A stretch of DNA of 64,000 bases, from IMG/VR virus record IMGVR_UViG_3300020442_000509, positions 5,802 to 69,801 of that record. One strand, given 5' to 3'. Each line of letters begins with the position of its first letter. Within the stretch, counting starts at the first letter, position 1. A model generated the notes under the pieces. The model made no database searches and was not told where the DNA came from. It saw nothing but the letters and a program-made list of their open reading frames with translations. Made by a program: the position numbers and the translations under genes. This stretch comes from a virus. Below, in pieces: positions 20,601 through 31,800 of this stretch.

Positions 20601-21291
20601 CCTCATCAGCAGTGATGATACGCTCTTCTACCTTGAGACCGACCTTATATGTCGGATTGTTAGTATATTGATCGAGAACAATCGTCTGCTCTGCTACAGG
20701 TACAAAGTAACCACGTACAAAATAGACACCTTTACCGATGTTGGCAGTAGAACCAATAGCAGTAGAGTTGCTGTTCAGCAGCTGAGCAAGAGGGGTACCA
20801 GCAACAATAGTTGTGGAACCATAGGTAATATCGCTTTCACAAGTCAGAACCTCACCAGCATTGAATACGCTAGTGGTATTGTCAGACGCTTTGTTCAGGT
20901 AAGTAACGTAGAACGAAACGTATCCACGAGTAGATTCAGTAGAGCTGATAGAGAAGTTAACTCTAGCACGGATGTTGGAAGTGGCACCCTTCACAACTAA
21001 ACCGTTCAGAGCATTTCTGTACAGTTCAACAGGCAGGTTAAGATAGTTATTCTGTACGAGTACAACTGGATAATTAGCATTCAGCGTGATACCACCAGGC
21101 ACCACCATACTGCCTTCCTTGTAAACCCCTTGACCGAATGAGTCGATCTGGTTTTGTAGGAGGGACTGAAGCGTCGTAAGTTCTCTGGCTTGTACAGGAT
21201 AGCCAGGTTTGAACAGAACCTTTAGAAAACCCTTATCTTCGTCGAAATCGTCGAAGTATGGGGAAATATTAAGGTTGGTATTCTGTGCCAT
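14602..21291 (-). CDS. VrlC-like (DUF4815-type) virion structural protein (2229 aa)
   Basis: N-terminus NLNISPYFDDFD..VLFKPGYPVQARELTTLQS, WSDPLAQTF, C-terminal PRVKDLRIIALA; follows gp8 as in cyanomyoviruses. Confidence 0.85.
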   Translation of the reverse strand: MAQNTNLNISPYFDDFDEDKGFLKVLFKPGYPVQARELTTLQSLLQNQIDSFGQGVYKEGSMVVPGGITLNANYPVVLVQNNYLNLPVELYRNALNGLVVKGATSNIRARVNFSISSTESTRGYVSFYVTYLNKASDNTTSVFNAGEVLTCESDITYGSTTIVAGTPLAQLLNSNSTAIGSTANIGKGVYFVRGYFVPVAEQTIVLDQYTNNPTYKVGLKVEERIITADEDATLYDNAIGSTNFSAPGADRFKINLTLVKKDIADPNSADFIELLRTNVGKLEKKVERSDLGFINDILANRTKEESGDYYVKRFSIDVRENLNDSFNNGVFEEGQKTQDGADPSESKLAVQVSPGTAYVSGYRTEKLGNTFKDILKPRTFTAADSQSFTSDFGNYVLIDNLWGGPELYETVELRDRVVATNGTSPGSVIGRARVFGFSYDSGTRDSATARYRVAVADLNMYVNLGVGSSVSWTAGTKIFGQTSGAAGFVRTSGSSSTVTLEQVTGTFVSGEALRYENGTSNIQTVSSVTAYQFTDAKSFAISGQMTANIVLDVQAGISANAPVLSGVSGSATGTVTATLSNFTAQLRVGDVVAFSNNGASHRVRVTAVTSNTVFTVARITSNNLTNGSIDGAMTLIRPEIKFAQKRSLLTPIAKAAVKSTSTNSQGSSVIPLGYFRKSYVIPSSEISSGAFSLSAGSNLVFRSPQDADDFQIVVTSVSSGSGVLGNTYTHPNFTTSSGANSASVSVSGLPSTVNGCIVIATVYSSNRAAKAKTTERMKVLKIDDSALGTANGLTQVTGGYGTRIEDSIISLGCPDVFDIKAIYESKDGNDPVVPNFQYTNLIGSFANNQILTGTESGAKAQIVSFDSQRVYYVYLNENVFAGTEKVTTETADCRIVIQTIISGSTNITTSYDLDNGQREQYYDYSRLVRKSGYSAPTHKLLVIFDRFVTTGGDGFYTVDSYDSDDYKEIPEFGEVSLRNALDFRPMVPAALNNTGTRTSPFTHSSTGKLDFDNRVFTGNLVGIPGQADTTILSYEYYLGRIDKVFINKDNKIQVVKGEPSENPVQPTDIEDAMLLSTIFIEPYVFDVEQDVTITQTNYKRYTFRDIQVLEDRIKTLEYYTQLSLLEAETATFSVRDSNGLDRFKNGFIVDNFATLGTSDTFHPDYRCSLDFEEGHLRPSHYTTNLPLTVSANSQNIQQTGDLITLPYTDVVLVDQPYASALENVNPFNVFTFIGDIKLVPESDDWVDTKSLSALQGPTVEGNFVSTSRRLNANNNGITPIQWGSWQTTWSGRIGFSRQVTTGKGKRRRTRTQNFTRVRTDQTRTGIRYKITPVIEQQSLGSRVVSVEHIQNMRSRNVEFAAQKMKPKTRFYAFFDGVNVAKYITPKLLEVTKNPNDDSDTNSTPFQVGETVKGLTSGCKLRILEPNDQHKNNPYTDADISSVTDYTANLGWINLDTGALAAQALGAYSGNPIPGEVLVGESSGAKAKVKERRLITDASGFVKGSFFIPDPSVKTNPKFKTGTRLFRLSDTSNDSTVQGESESSAQTEYAATGILQTTQETIISVRNAKVEEQRFTQNRTLWSDPLAQTFLIQDEDLEGGVYLTKVDLFFQQKDAEIPVAIDIRTVENGTPTQVIVPFSKVIKQAEDVVTSTDASVPTTFVFDSPVYIGHQQEHAIVVTSDSNQYKVFISLLGEDAIDAAHAGEKISEQPYIGVLFKSQNASTWTPSQFEDLMFKIYRADFTIPTTLAPSQLILNNATLEENNGGFLNLLPNAMALTDDQAYIDVFHNNHGMQSSANYVIVDGVVSEIGDTQIKAANALTATASQIVVDDASLFHRCIGGNSTQAASLTSSNTGPGNAAPAVSDTNPGFVKIGDEIIAYEYINNGSPNWVINILGHNAGTVSGRAWDPVTNSGGATGTAHAAGTPVSCYNLGGIPLTRVNGTHHTSTFGGLTTLNSPHKYRLLINNFKSHKTISGGGENVTVSQNIPWDVLTPAVQTQTQPGTSIAARAKATSGTSCGPFPSGTSPETSFQKDSIWREVTLNDINYFLSTKVIASKQNEISNMSGGKSLEMELNFFSDVSHLSPVVDTQRMSVTTTANLINNATPTQGIGDENAAIYITRLARLDNSATGVKVALSANNFDFSNLVLMYKLVPAGYTGDTDDLNFEYFNTDGRPDSGAMVPQNDPFVFSDYEFTVNDAPAYDGFQLKIVLRNHNQPYIPRVKDLRIIALA

Positions 21292-22811
21292 TAGAATTCA
21301 ATTACTACTTTTAGCTCTTCGTTCTGATCTGCCGATCTAGTGATCGGGTTCCTATTGTCTATGTAGAGGATTTCTCCAGAGTTGATTTGAACTTCTCCGT
21401 TAGCATATCCTGCGATGAAAGACAGACCCAATTCGTATACCGAAACGCCAATAGTGATTTGGCTCACAGGCACAGATGCCGTACCGAATGTGGAGTCAGG
21501 GGTGGCAGTAACTAGATCAGAAGAAGTGATCTGGTTGTTCCCACTGAATGCGATGATGTTACCAGAGGTAACGCCATCAACAGAATCTTGATAATACTTG
21601 AGCACCTTAGTAGTGCTGTCATAGGATACCACAAACCCTTTCGCGTTTGTAGTTGCCTGGGTGATTGTAGTCCCAGGGTTGAATGTACCACTAGGGGTAC
21701 CAGTTCCAGACTGAGGGAAGATCAGCGCCTTAACACCAGATCTTGTATTCTGGTCAGATACTGATGTGGTGTTGAAATCGAAAGGATTCAGCACCAGACC
21801 CACTCTACGGAAAGTCAGGTCAGTCGGGAAGTCGATGAACGCTGTAGAAGTTTCAAGTTTAGAAGCGAACATCAAACGATATGCGCCAAGTTCTCTGATC
21901 GAATCTTTACCGTGACCACCATTAGGAGGTACGATAACGTCAAGAGAAGCATTAGCACCAGTACCGATGTTAGGGATCAGACCCACATCAATACTAGCAA
22001 AGCTGTAATTGGATCCAGACTGAGTAACAGTAACATTACTAACAGAACCAGACACAACAGTGACGGAGCAGTAAGCTTGGGTTCCTCCATTGATCTCCCA
22101 ATCTCCACGAATAGGTACGTTGGTGAATGTACCGTTGTTATAACCAGCACCAGCATTCTCGATAACAATGGTATCGATAGAACCAGTTCCAGCAGCAGCG
22201 GTCACCAGAGCATTGTCAAGGACGGGGATGAACTCTGAGGTAACGAACTTCAGAATGTTATCAGCGTCAATAGTGTACATGTACTTCCAACGATACTTAT
22301 AGTCGGAAGAATCATTAGTCTCAATAACAGTAGTAGAGGTACCAGTCGGTTCGACCAGGGAAGGACGACCTCTAGGGAACTCAGGACTCTGACCATTATA
22401 CAAGCACTTGTATACGTTGAAGTCAGAGTTCATGACGTAGAAGTTCGAGTCATACAGGCGGGTCGCCCCATTTGCTGTAGTCTTCGAGGAAGAGTAATCA
22501 GGTTTGTACATGGAGTATGTACGACCTGTACCACCTGTAGTTTCAGTAGGGTCGATCCAATCGACTCTAGGAATCACCAAAGCAGTGTCGCTGATGTCAA
22601 CACGCTTAAACGAAACCGCATCACTATAGGTCGTTCTAGCATAAGAGAACGAATCAATAGGTTCATTGGTAGGCGGAGTATCAGAAGTACCCCATGACTT
22701 AGGTCTACCTACAAACAAATATACCTTGTTCGCATCAGAACCTACGCTAGCGAGGGTGTTTCGGAACGCCTCGGCAGCATAGATCCTAAATTTGTCGGTT
22801 ACGAGTGCCAT
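21291..22811 (-). CDS. gp8: Baseplate wedge protein gp8
   Basis: YLFVGRPKSW, FYVMNSDFNVYKCLYN, YRWKYMYTI, GEILYIDNR..EELKVVIEF. Confidence 0.9.
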   Translation of the reverse strand: MALVTDKFRIYAAEAFRNTLASVGSDANKVYLFVGRPKSWGTSDTPPTNEPIDSFSYARTTYSDAVSFKRVDISDTALVIPRVDWIDPTETTGGTGRTYSMYKPDYSSSKTTANGATRLYDSNFYVMNSDFNVYKCLYNGQSPEFPRGRPSLVEPTGTSTTVIETNDSSDYKYRWKYMYTIDADNILKFVTSEFIPVLDNALVTAAAGTGSIDTIVIENAGAGYNNGTFTNVPIRGDWEINGGTQAYCSVTVVSGSVSNVTVTQSGSNYSFASIDVGLIPNIGTGANASLDVIVPPNGGHGKDSIRELGAYRLMFASKLETSTAFIDFPTDLTFRRVGLVLNPFDFNTTSVSDQNTRSGVKALIFPQSGTGTPSGTFNPGTTITQATTNAKGFVVSYDSTTKVLKYYQDSVDGVTSGNIIAFSGNNQITSSDLVTATPDSTFGTASVPVSQITIGVSVYELGLSFIAGYANGEVQINSGEILYIDNRNPITRSADQNEELKVVIEF

Positions 22812-22830
22812 CAGACAAAGCTTTTAAGTG

Positions 22831-22838
22831 TATTTATA
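22831..22838 (-). promoter_or_regulatory. T4-type late promoter TATAAATA for gp8
   Basis: Exact consensus 19 nt upstream of the ATG. Confidence 0.8.
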
Positions 22839-22882
22839 CTTGACAAAAGGAGGTTAGTCCAGTAGACTAACAGTGTAGCGGT

Positions 22883-25800
22883 TCAGAGAGACAAGCTATA
22901 GACTCTTATAGTAGGAAGAATCTGAATAGATTGTCCAGTCTCATTAAGGGCTACAGGGGAAGTGAACTGAAGTGTGTTAGATCCAGTCTTAGTAACCCTG
23001 TAAGTGCCATCTAGTGCTTCACTAGCAAACTGGGCATTACCAAAGGAAGTGAAACGGAAGTAACGCTCCATTCCTGTTTCAAGATAGTGTGCGCCGCCCA
23101 TATTAACATTGACGACGAATCCATTAGCGTCATAGGTTCCATTCTCAATGCTGATAGCATGACCAACACCTGGGGAAGGACCTGTGCGCTTGTTACCTCT
23201 ACCATTAGTAGTAACGGTAAAGACATTACTGTTGTAATCTACAGTGCTGTAAAGGATTCTTTCTGTAGACCATACAGAAGCAGAACTGTTCCAGTATGGA
23301 ATAAGAAGTTCTCCTTGGTTGGGGAATCCTTGACCATTATTGAAATAAGCATTCTCTACAGAAATGGACGTGTCCGTAGAGTTGATGCTTGCTGTCAGCT
23401 GTGTAGTGTACAGGAAGTTGCTGTTTGAGAGAACTCTGTTTCTCTGTGTTCTTTCCAGACTTACTGGGTGGAAAGGTTGTACAGCAGGTGCTGAAGCATA
23501 ATTAGAACCACCCTGGAGATTGATAACGTCGATTACTCTACCGCTACCAGCCTCAATTACTGTTTCAGCGAAAGCGCCCGAACCGCCACCGCCGTTAAAC
23601 AGCAGCACAGGAGGAACTTCATAGTTAGAACCAGCGTCAGTGATAATGACATCAATAACTTTTCCGTTGACTACGACAGCAGTAAATGCTGCTACATTAG
23701 GTCTCAACCCTGTATACTCATATGTATCCAAGGAAGTGGAGGAAGCAATTTGAGCAAGAGTTCTTTCGTCACCTTCTGACTTGATCTTGAGCGTATCGCC
23801 AGGATCCAGAGCGTTATATGTGTCTTCTGTAACAATGTCAAGGTTAGAACCTGTGTAGATGAAGATCTGACAGGTGCTACCTGCGCGAGGTGGTTCAGCA
23901 AACTCAAGGATAGAACCATTCAGGATGTAAGAAACTTCAGGTTCCTGGTAGATACCATTCAAGAAGATAATCAAGTTGTTGGCAGGAATGACATCAGTGG
24001 AGTCAGATTCCAGCGAGAACGGTTGCTCGTTCTTCTTAAGTACGAAAGATTTACGAGTATTGTCAAAGAATGGTTCGAGGGTATCCATGCCCTGTGTCTG
24101 ACCGACATAGAAGCAGTAGAAGTCCATATTACCCAAAGGAGCTTCCGTAAAGGTAATCGTACTAGGAGATCCTGTGTAAGAATAAGATGTACCCAGTTCC
24201 TGAATAGTAGAGTTCAAGAACAGGAAGAATCTATCGTTAGCAGGGAGGGTGTATCCAGAACCGCCGACTTTAGCAGCAAACTGAGTTTGTACACCATCGA
24301 ATGTGACAGTTCCAACTTCGACTTGGAAGGAGTTCTTGACAGTACCACCGACAGTAGAAGGGTCAACACCAAGCATATCCGTGTTGAGGTAACCAGATCC
24401 ACCATTCTGTAGTGTTACGCTTGTTACAGCACCTGTGAGGCGGGCGATAGCGCCGCTTGCGGCAGTAGATGGATTACCACCACTGATAGCAAGTGTTGGT
24501 ACAGAACCGTAGTTTACGCCAGTCTTTTGTACCTCCAGTGCCTCAAGATGCTTACCGATGATGGCAGAAGCAGTACATGTTTGAGTGATGGTATCAGCAG
24601 GGTTAGCGATAATCTCAACAACTACATCTTCATAACCAAAACCACCGTAAGTTACAGTGACGCCAGTTACTGCGCCCCCTGATACAGCAGCGGTAGCAGT
24701 GGCATTGAAACCGCTATTAGACTTAATAACAACAGTAGGCGGGTTAGTATACCCAGCACCAGCTTGTGTGATACCGATAGATTTAATGAAACCCTCTCTA
24801 CTAAGTACAGCAGTGATGTCGCCATCCGTTGTAGGGGAACCACCAGAAATGGTGATAGTCGGGGCACTCTCATAACCGTCTCCACATTGACCAACAGTTC
24901 TTGTATACGAGTTGAAGTTACCCTGACCGATTACGGCATATGCCAGATCCATCAGTGTGTCGATAGCAGAAACTACGTTGGTACATCCACCACTTACAGT
25001 GGTGATAGAAGGATCCTTATACTGACTACGTGATGTCAGGTTATAGTCTGGGTATGTCTCAAATGTCTCGTTATTGATTGCTTTGAGAACCATTGCTCTT
25101 GCTTCTTCCAGTACATACTGGGTTTCAGCTTCTTCACCCTGTACGTGTCCACCATTGAAGTACATGTCGAGGGTTTCCCACAGAATGTGGTTACCACCGA
25201 ATGCGGTGTTGACACCAACGCTTCTAAGAATATCGATAGTATCAGACTTACACTGATCATCACCAATTCCAGGTGAGAGGAAAGGAGTAGGAGCAGTTCT
25301 CGTGAATGTGCTAAGAGAATCAGTATCGATTGCTACCTCAATGATATTCATGAGGGTATCGATGGCAGATTCTACGTTAGTACAACCACCACCAACACTG
25401 GTAATGCCAGAGTCGGTTACTTGTGTAATACCGTGAGAACCACGGATAGTTACAGAGGTGTTATTGATTACTTGCTTAGCAATCTTGGTTGCTTCTCTGT
25501 AAACATACTTGGCATGGATTTCTTCTCCATCCAAGTGAACAGTATTGACGTAGTAAGCAGCAGCATCATAGATCTCACTGTTACTACCAAACTTAGTATT
25601 GATAGCAAGAGCTGTCATGACGTCTTTGACATCATCAATACAGTTGACATTGCCACCAGGTACAGTAAACGCAGCAGGCTCAGTTCTTACTGCGTGATTC
25701 ATCAGATCAGTATTGATACCAGTCTCAATGATATCAATCAGAGTGGTCATAGCAGAGATGACATTCGTACATCCACCAGTGACAGTGGTAATTCCACTAT

Positions 25801-28800
25801 CGATGGTTTGCGTGAATCCATGAGAACCACCAATCGTGATTGTCTGATTATTGATCGCCTGGGTCATCAAAGATTCCATCTGGGCGATAGTGGCAAGAGT
25901 TTCTTGCTCTTCACCGTCGATACGAGTTGTACCTACGTAATAGGTGTCTGTAATATCGTATACTTCATTATTAGCACCATGAAGGATGTTGAACGAGATC
26001 TTGTCGATCAAATCCAACATATCACTTACATAAGCGGCATTGTTACCACCGAAGTTAGGATAGTCAACTGTAGTCATCAAATGGACAGCTTCGTTTGCCA
26101 GAAGTTGTCTATTTGCCTGGAGGGTATTGTAAGCATCAAAGTGTCTGCTGCTCTGAACCTCAAATGGGATGTCGAGCATCATGCGCTCAACAGACTCGTT
26201 AGCAATCAAGTTAGTGTTGCCAGTTATCAAAGTGGCAGCATCAGCAAATCTGTTTGCTACTGGTGTACCAAAACGGTTCATCAGACCAACCGCAATATCA
26301 GCAATGATAGATGCGTTGTTGTTGATCAGAACTCTTGCGTCACCGAAGCGGTCAGCGCTGACATGACTTGCGGTGTCAAGAACATCTGTAATAACAATAT
26401 CAGCAGTAGCACCTGTACCAGTGTTACCACGCTTATTGACAAGATTGACACCATTGTAGGTTCCAGCTGTATATCCACTACCCTGGTAGATACCGTCTGT
26501 GGTATTCAGAGATGAGATAACATCACCGAAGATGTCAAGCTGGAAGTTACTAGAGATATCGGAACGTTTGAAGAAGATAATGTTACCAACAGAGTTCTCT
26601 AGAGGTGCCTCAGTAAATGTAATCGTGCTTCCAGAAACACTGTAGGAGACAGGGTTTTGGACGATTCCATTGATGGTAACCATCAACTGATTCTTATTAG
26701 TAGGTGTGACAGCAGCACCTCTGTATCTCATCTGGAAATCAGTGGTCTCGCCGTCAAACTTCACTCTCAGAGTGTGCTCACTAGCAGTGGACACTCCAGT
26801 AAGTGGCACTGCTGTACCACCAACAGCATTAGCTTTTGTGCTAGCAAGTTTGATCTGATTGTCATTAACGCGAATAACGTAGTAATCAGTTCCAGCGTCC
26901 AGACCAGCAATAGGTGTAGACTCAGCAATCTCAGGATAATAACCAGGGTTACGCTCAGGGATGCTAGAAGGATTATCGATACCACCCCAGACAATCTGAG
27001 AAAGGGTATCAATAGTTGACTTGACATCAGCACATCCACCGAGATCTACAGTAATAGTGATGTCTGTGAATGGAAGCTGGTTGACAATCGCTTGCTTAGC
27101 GAGATCTCTAGCATACTGGATGGCATAGATGGTCTCTGCTTCTTCACCGCCAACGTGATAAACGTTGTTGACAGGTTCAGTTCTAGTAACCGCAGAAAGT
27201 GTTCCGCTGTTGATTGCGGTTGTCATGATATTGACCAGAGTAGTCAAAGAAGAAACTACGTTCTGGCAGGAGTAGATATAACCACCAGTCTTTTCAGTTC
27301 TTGATACGTTCTGATGATTGATAGGATCAGTGATTGCGTTAGTAACAATCGCCATCAAAGTAGTGATAGCATTTACCTGATCAGCACACTTGACATAGTT
27401 TGGTTGATCGGGAGGTGCGGTGTCGTCAGTAATCGTCAGATCTTTGACCTGACCAACCATGTCAGAAACATCCTTGTTCTGAATTACCAGAATAGCGATG
27501 TCTCTTGCTTGCTCGAACATGTATTCAAGCTCGCCTTCTTCTCCCTGTGCGTAACTACCAGTTACATAGAAGTTAGCACCATCCCAGGTATCATCGTTAC
27601 CACCGCCAGAAACGTTGGCAGCAATATCTTCTACAGTCTCAACAACTTTAGACTCGTAACTAGACTGAGACTGAGCAAAAGTATGTGAGGGATATTGATT
27701 GACCATTCTGGTGTATGCTGTAGCAGCAATCTGATTCTTATTAGAATTCAGAAGGTTCATAGCATCAGCAGAACGATCGCTGACATATCCAGCTGGATCG
27801 GCAGTAATTGTCAGATCTTTGACCTGAGTTCTAGCAGTATAGTTTGTTGGGATATCATAGTTCTGGAGAGCATATGTACAATACGTCAAAGCGTATCCCA
27901 TCATCTCCGCAGATTGGGTATCTGCTCCAGCAAGTTGGATGGTGTTAGCGATATAGTCTCTACCTTGATCCCAAGACTCGCTATTTCCACCATATGCCAT
28001 GTTATAAGCAAGAGCTTCAATAACATCAACCAAATCATCAATAGCGACTTGGTTGCCACCAGGAATAGCAAATGCCTGGTTAGAAGTTTGTGCCAGCATA
28101 GCACCAACTGCTTCTTCAGCAATCAGTTGCTTGTTTTGGAGGATCAGGTTACGGGCATCACCGAAACGAGTACCAACCAATCCAACACCACCGATGTAAG
28201 TGTCTACAGCATCCCAGGAGAATGCGTTACCACCAAAGCGGAGGTCATTACACCAGGCAACGACAATCAGTCTCAGGTCACGAGCACAGGTCGATCTGTC
28301 ATAATCAGGGGTAGTACCATCAGTCAGCGTAGGATATTGTGTCTCCAGAGCTTGAACAGTTTGATCAATGATGTAATCAATGTTGCCAAGGATCAGGTTT
28401 CTAGCATCCTGGAATCTATCAGCAGGAGCAGCGTATTTTACTTTCTGACCAGTGATGAATCCATGGTTTGTAAGATTAAGAGCATCGTTAGCAACATCAA
28501 CAACGTTGCTGTCAGAACCATCTAAGGTAACAGTTCTATCTTCAATCTTGTCAAATTTCTCAACGATAGCAGTAAGAATCTTTCTAACGTCCAGAAGTTG
28601 CTTACCACTGACCAAAACGTTCGTAGGAACGGCAGCAGTATAATCTGGTTTGCCCAGAACAAAGTTTTCAATCTTAGAAAGCTTACCTACGTTAGAAGCA
28701 GAAGGTTTCGGTGTAAAGAATGTCGTTCCATTGAATGACTGATTCTCATCACCAAATCTCTCTTCATACCAGGTGTTAGGATCTGGGTTTGATGGGTTGT

Positions 28801-31800
28801 TGAAAGATCTACGACGATATCTCTTGAAGGCAGATTGGGATACAACTTGGTTACCAAATACTTTGAAACCAGCAGGGTGAGCAGAACTCTTGATCTGATT
28901 CTTCCACTGTCTAATATTAATAGGAGAATCAATAACGTAAGAGAACTCCTGATACTTGTCAGAGTCGTAAATACGCTGTTCATTAAGATCAAGGATACCA
29001 GTGGTTCTCTTGAACTCAGCAGTAGCAGTAGCGATAGGAGATACTTTGAATGTAGCAAGTGCTCTCTCAAAGTCATGGATCTCACCAAACGCTTTGGTCT
29101 GTAGACCGAAGACAGGTTGACCCTTGGCAAACTCACCCTGAGATGCTTCTACAGAGAGAATTCTACCCTTAGGATCCCAATACTTAACTTCACCGATAGC
29201 AGAGAACGAATCAGTAGATGTACCTTGATACAGTTTCTCGCCAACCGAGAATGTACCAGGAATCATGGTAACAGTAATCTGATCACCAAGATCTGTGGTC
29301 TCTAGTACAAATGTTGAGGTTCCATTGCTACCCAGGGTGGCAGGACCAGTAAATGTGACAAAGATATTGTCAACAGCGTTTGTGTTGGTTGTAGCAAGTC
29401 TAATTTGGTTACTACCCAGACCATTTTGAATACTAGCAGCAATAGCATAGTAAACAATGTCAGGTTGGAGAGGTGTAGGCAGATTACCATCAAGCTCTCT
29501 CAGAACAACCTTAGTTCCAGTAGGAATCTTTGTATTGTATGGGAAGTTCAGTGTGCTGTTAGATGTCAGTCCAACAAAGGAGTGAGTGATCTTTGCCTGT
29601 ACAGCAGGAGTAGAAGAATAACCCTTACCTGGGTTAATAACTTCAATAGCTTGGATAACTTCGTTATCAATGATGGGTTTCAAGACAGCACCAGAACCAC
29701 CACCACCGATTAGTTCGATAGTAGGAGTGGTAACGAAAGAATTTCCACCATTAGTGACTGTGAAGAAATCCACAATCTGAGTTCTCGTGAGCTGGAGGTT
29801 GTATGTTGTATTAACCTCGGGTTTGAGGGTACGGTCATGAGAATAGTTGTATGTAATATTGTCACCACCAAGACCGATGATGGTTCCAAGGTTCTCAGAC
29901 TTGAGAAGTACAGATCCACCTTCACCAGTGCCTTGCTGAATAGAGATGATTGGTGCGTTCTGGAACTTACTACCAGCATTCTCGATGACGATTTGAGATA
30001 CAGTCTCATCAACGATTTCTGCTCTCAATACAGCATTGAGACCAGTACCACCAGAGATTTTTACATCAGGAGCTGAGAGGTAACCAGATCCAGCGTTAGT
30101 GAGATTGATAGCATCGATAGATGCGTTGATTGTAGTAGAAGTAATCGCAGGACGTACAGGAACGATTGATGTAATGGTTACAGTAAAGTCATCTGTGCCA
30201 TCTCCACCACCAGTGATCTGAGCACCTGAAATCGTAATGATATCACCAAGAGCATATGTAGTGCCACCATTGGTTACGGTAACACTAGATACATCCAAAG
30301 TAGAAGCGTCGATAACAACAGTAAACTCAACATCAGTACCTCCAGTAGGAGCAACAGACTTTTGTGTTACATTGTTGTATGTGCCAGCTACAAAATTGGC
30401 AGAGGAGTTCTGACTTGTGATACTAACTGTTCCAACACCACCATAGTATGGATCATCGATGTAGATGAGTGGTGCCTTTCTGTAGTTGCTACCACCACTG
30501 TTAATAGCGATGTTAGAGATTGTGCCCAGTTCAGGACCAGTAGCAGGGACAATAGCAGCAACAGCAGCTTGCTGTCCGCTTACAGCGGTAATAGTTGCTT
30601 GGTTAGGACCAGTGAATACTTTGTTGCGAAGAGCATTTGCCGCATTGAACATGATGAAACCACGAGTGGTAGCACCAGTCAGATTGTTACGAAGAGGTTC
30701 TACTCTTAGCGTAGAGGTATTAGCATTCCAAGAAATCACTTTACCGCGAGCAGAGTCTCCACCAAGAACTCGCTCAGAGGTAACAATGTCACCTCTAGAG
30801 AATGTACCAAATACTTGATCAAGTGTCAGGTCAACGAAATCAGGCATCGAGCAGATAACCTGAGGTAGTTGAGCAGGATTGTAACCAGTTCCATTCTCAA
30901 GAATAGCAACATCCTCTAGGAAACCAGAGATAGTTGCTGTAGCTTCCGCACCAGCACCAGATCTTTCAATGCCAGTGAACTGAGGCAGAGTAGAATAGTT
31001 TCTACCAGAGTCACCAATATTGATAGAAGCAATACCACCACTAGGATAGATTGAACTTGTAGAGTATGAAACTTCTGCGCTAGCACCATAAGCACAGTCA
31101 GGTTCTCTAGGGAGAATGAATGAGATATCGTTCTGAGTGACACTGGTAACAGTATTACTACCGATATAAGGATCTTGTATGACAGAGAGGTAGTTGCCCT
31201 GAACAGTTCCGTTGATATCGAAGTAGAACAGTGTTCCAGGGATATCTTTGACTTCTACAGTGATTGAACGCTGTTGACCAGTTACAGTGTCATTAGTAGT
31301 GTCAACAATGTTCTTGTAGGTGAAGATGTTAGTATTCTCAGCGTCAAAGGTAAACTCAAGTCTCTTTCCATCATTAGAAGTATCTTCAGTCTTAAACTTG
31401 TACTTGTGACCGTTGATCAGATCGAGTTTGGGTTCTCTGTTATAGACTTGCGTAGAAGTGATAACACCAGTGCTGACAATATTCTGTACAGCTTTTTCAA
31501 ATTGGAATCTTCTACCAGTAGATGTGCCTGTGACAGTATGCGTACCGTCATAGTCAGCAGGAGTTGTGCCAGAAACAACTACAACATCACCAGTAGTAAG
31601 TTGGTGAGCAGCAGTCCCTCTGAGCGTAAATTCTTGAATAATCTTGTTTGGAGTGATATAGAAACCACTACCATTACCAATATCACTATTTGTAGCAGTT
31701 AGTTGTTCTCCAACTACGTAACCACTACCAGGATTTGTGACAGTAACTTCGCTAACTTCACCGCTAGAGTTGACAACGATAGTAAACAGAGCACCCTCAC

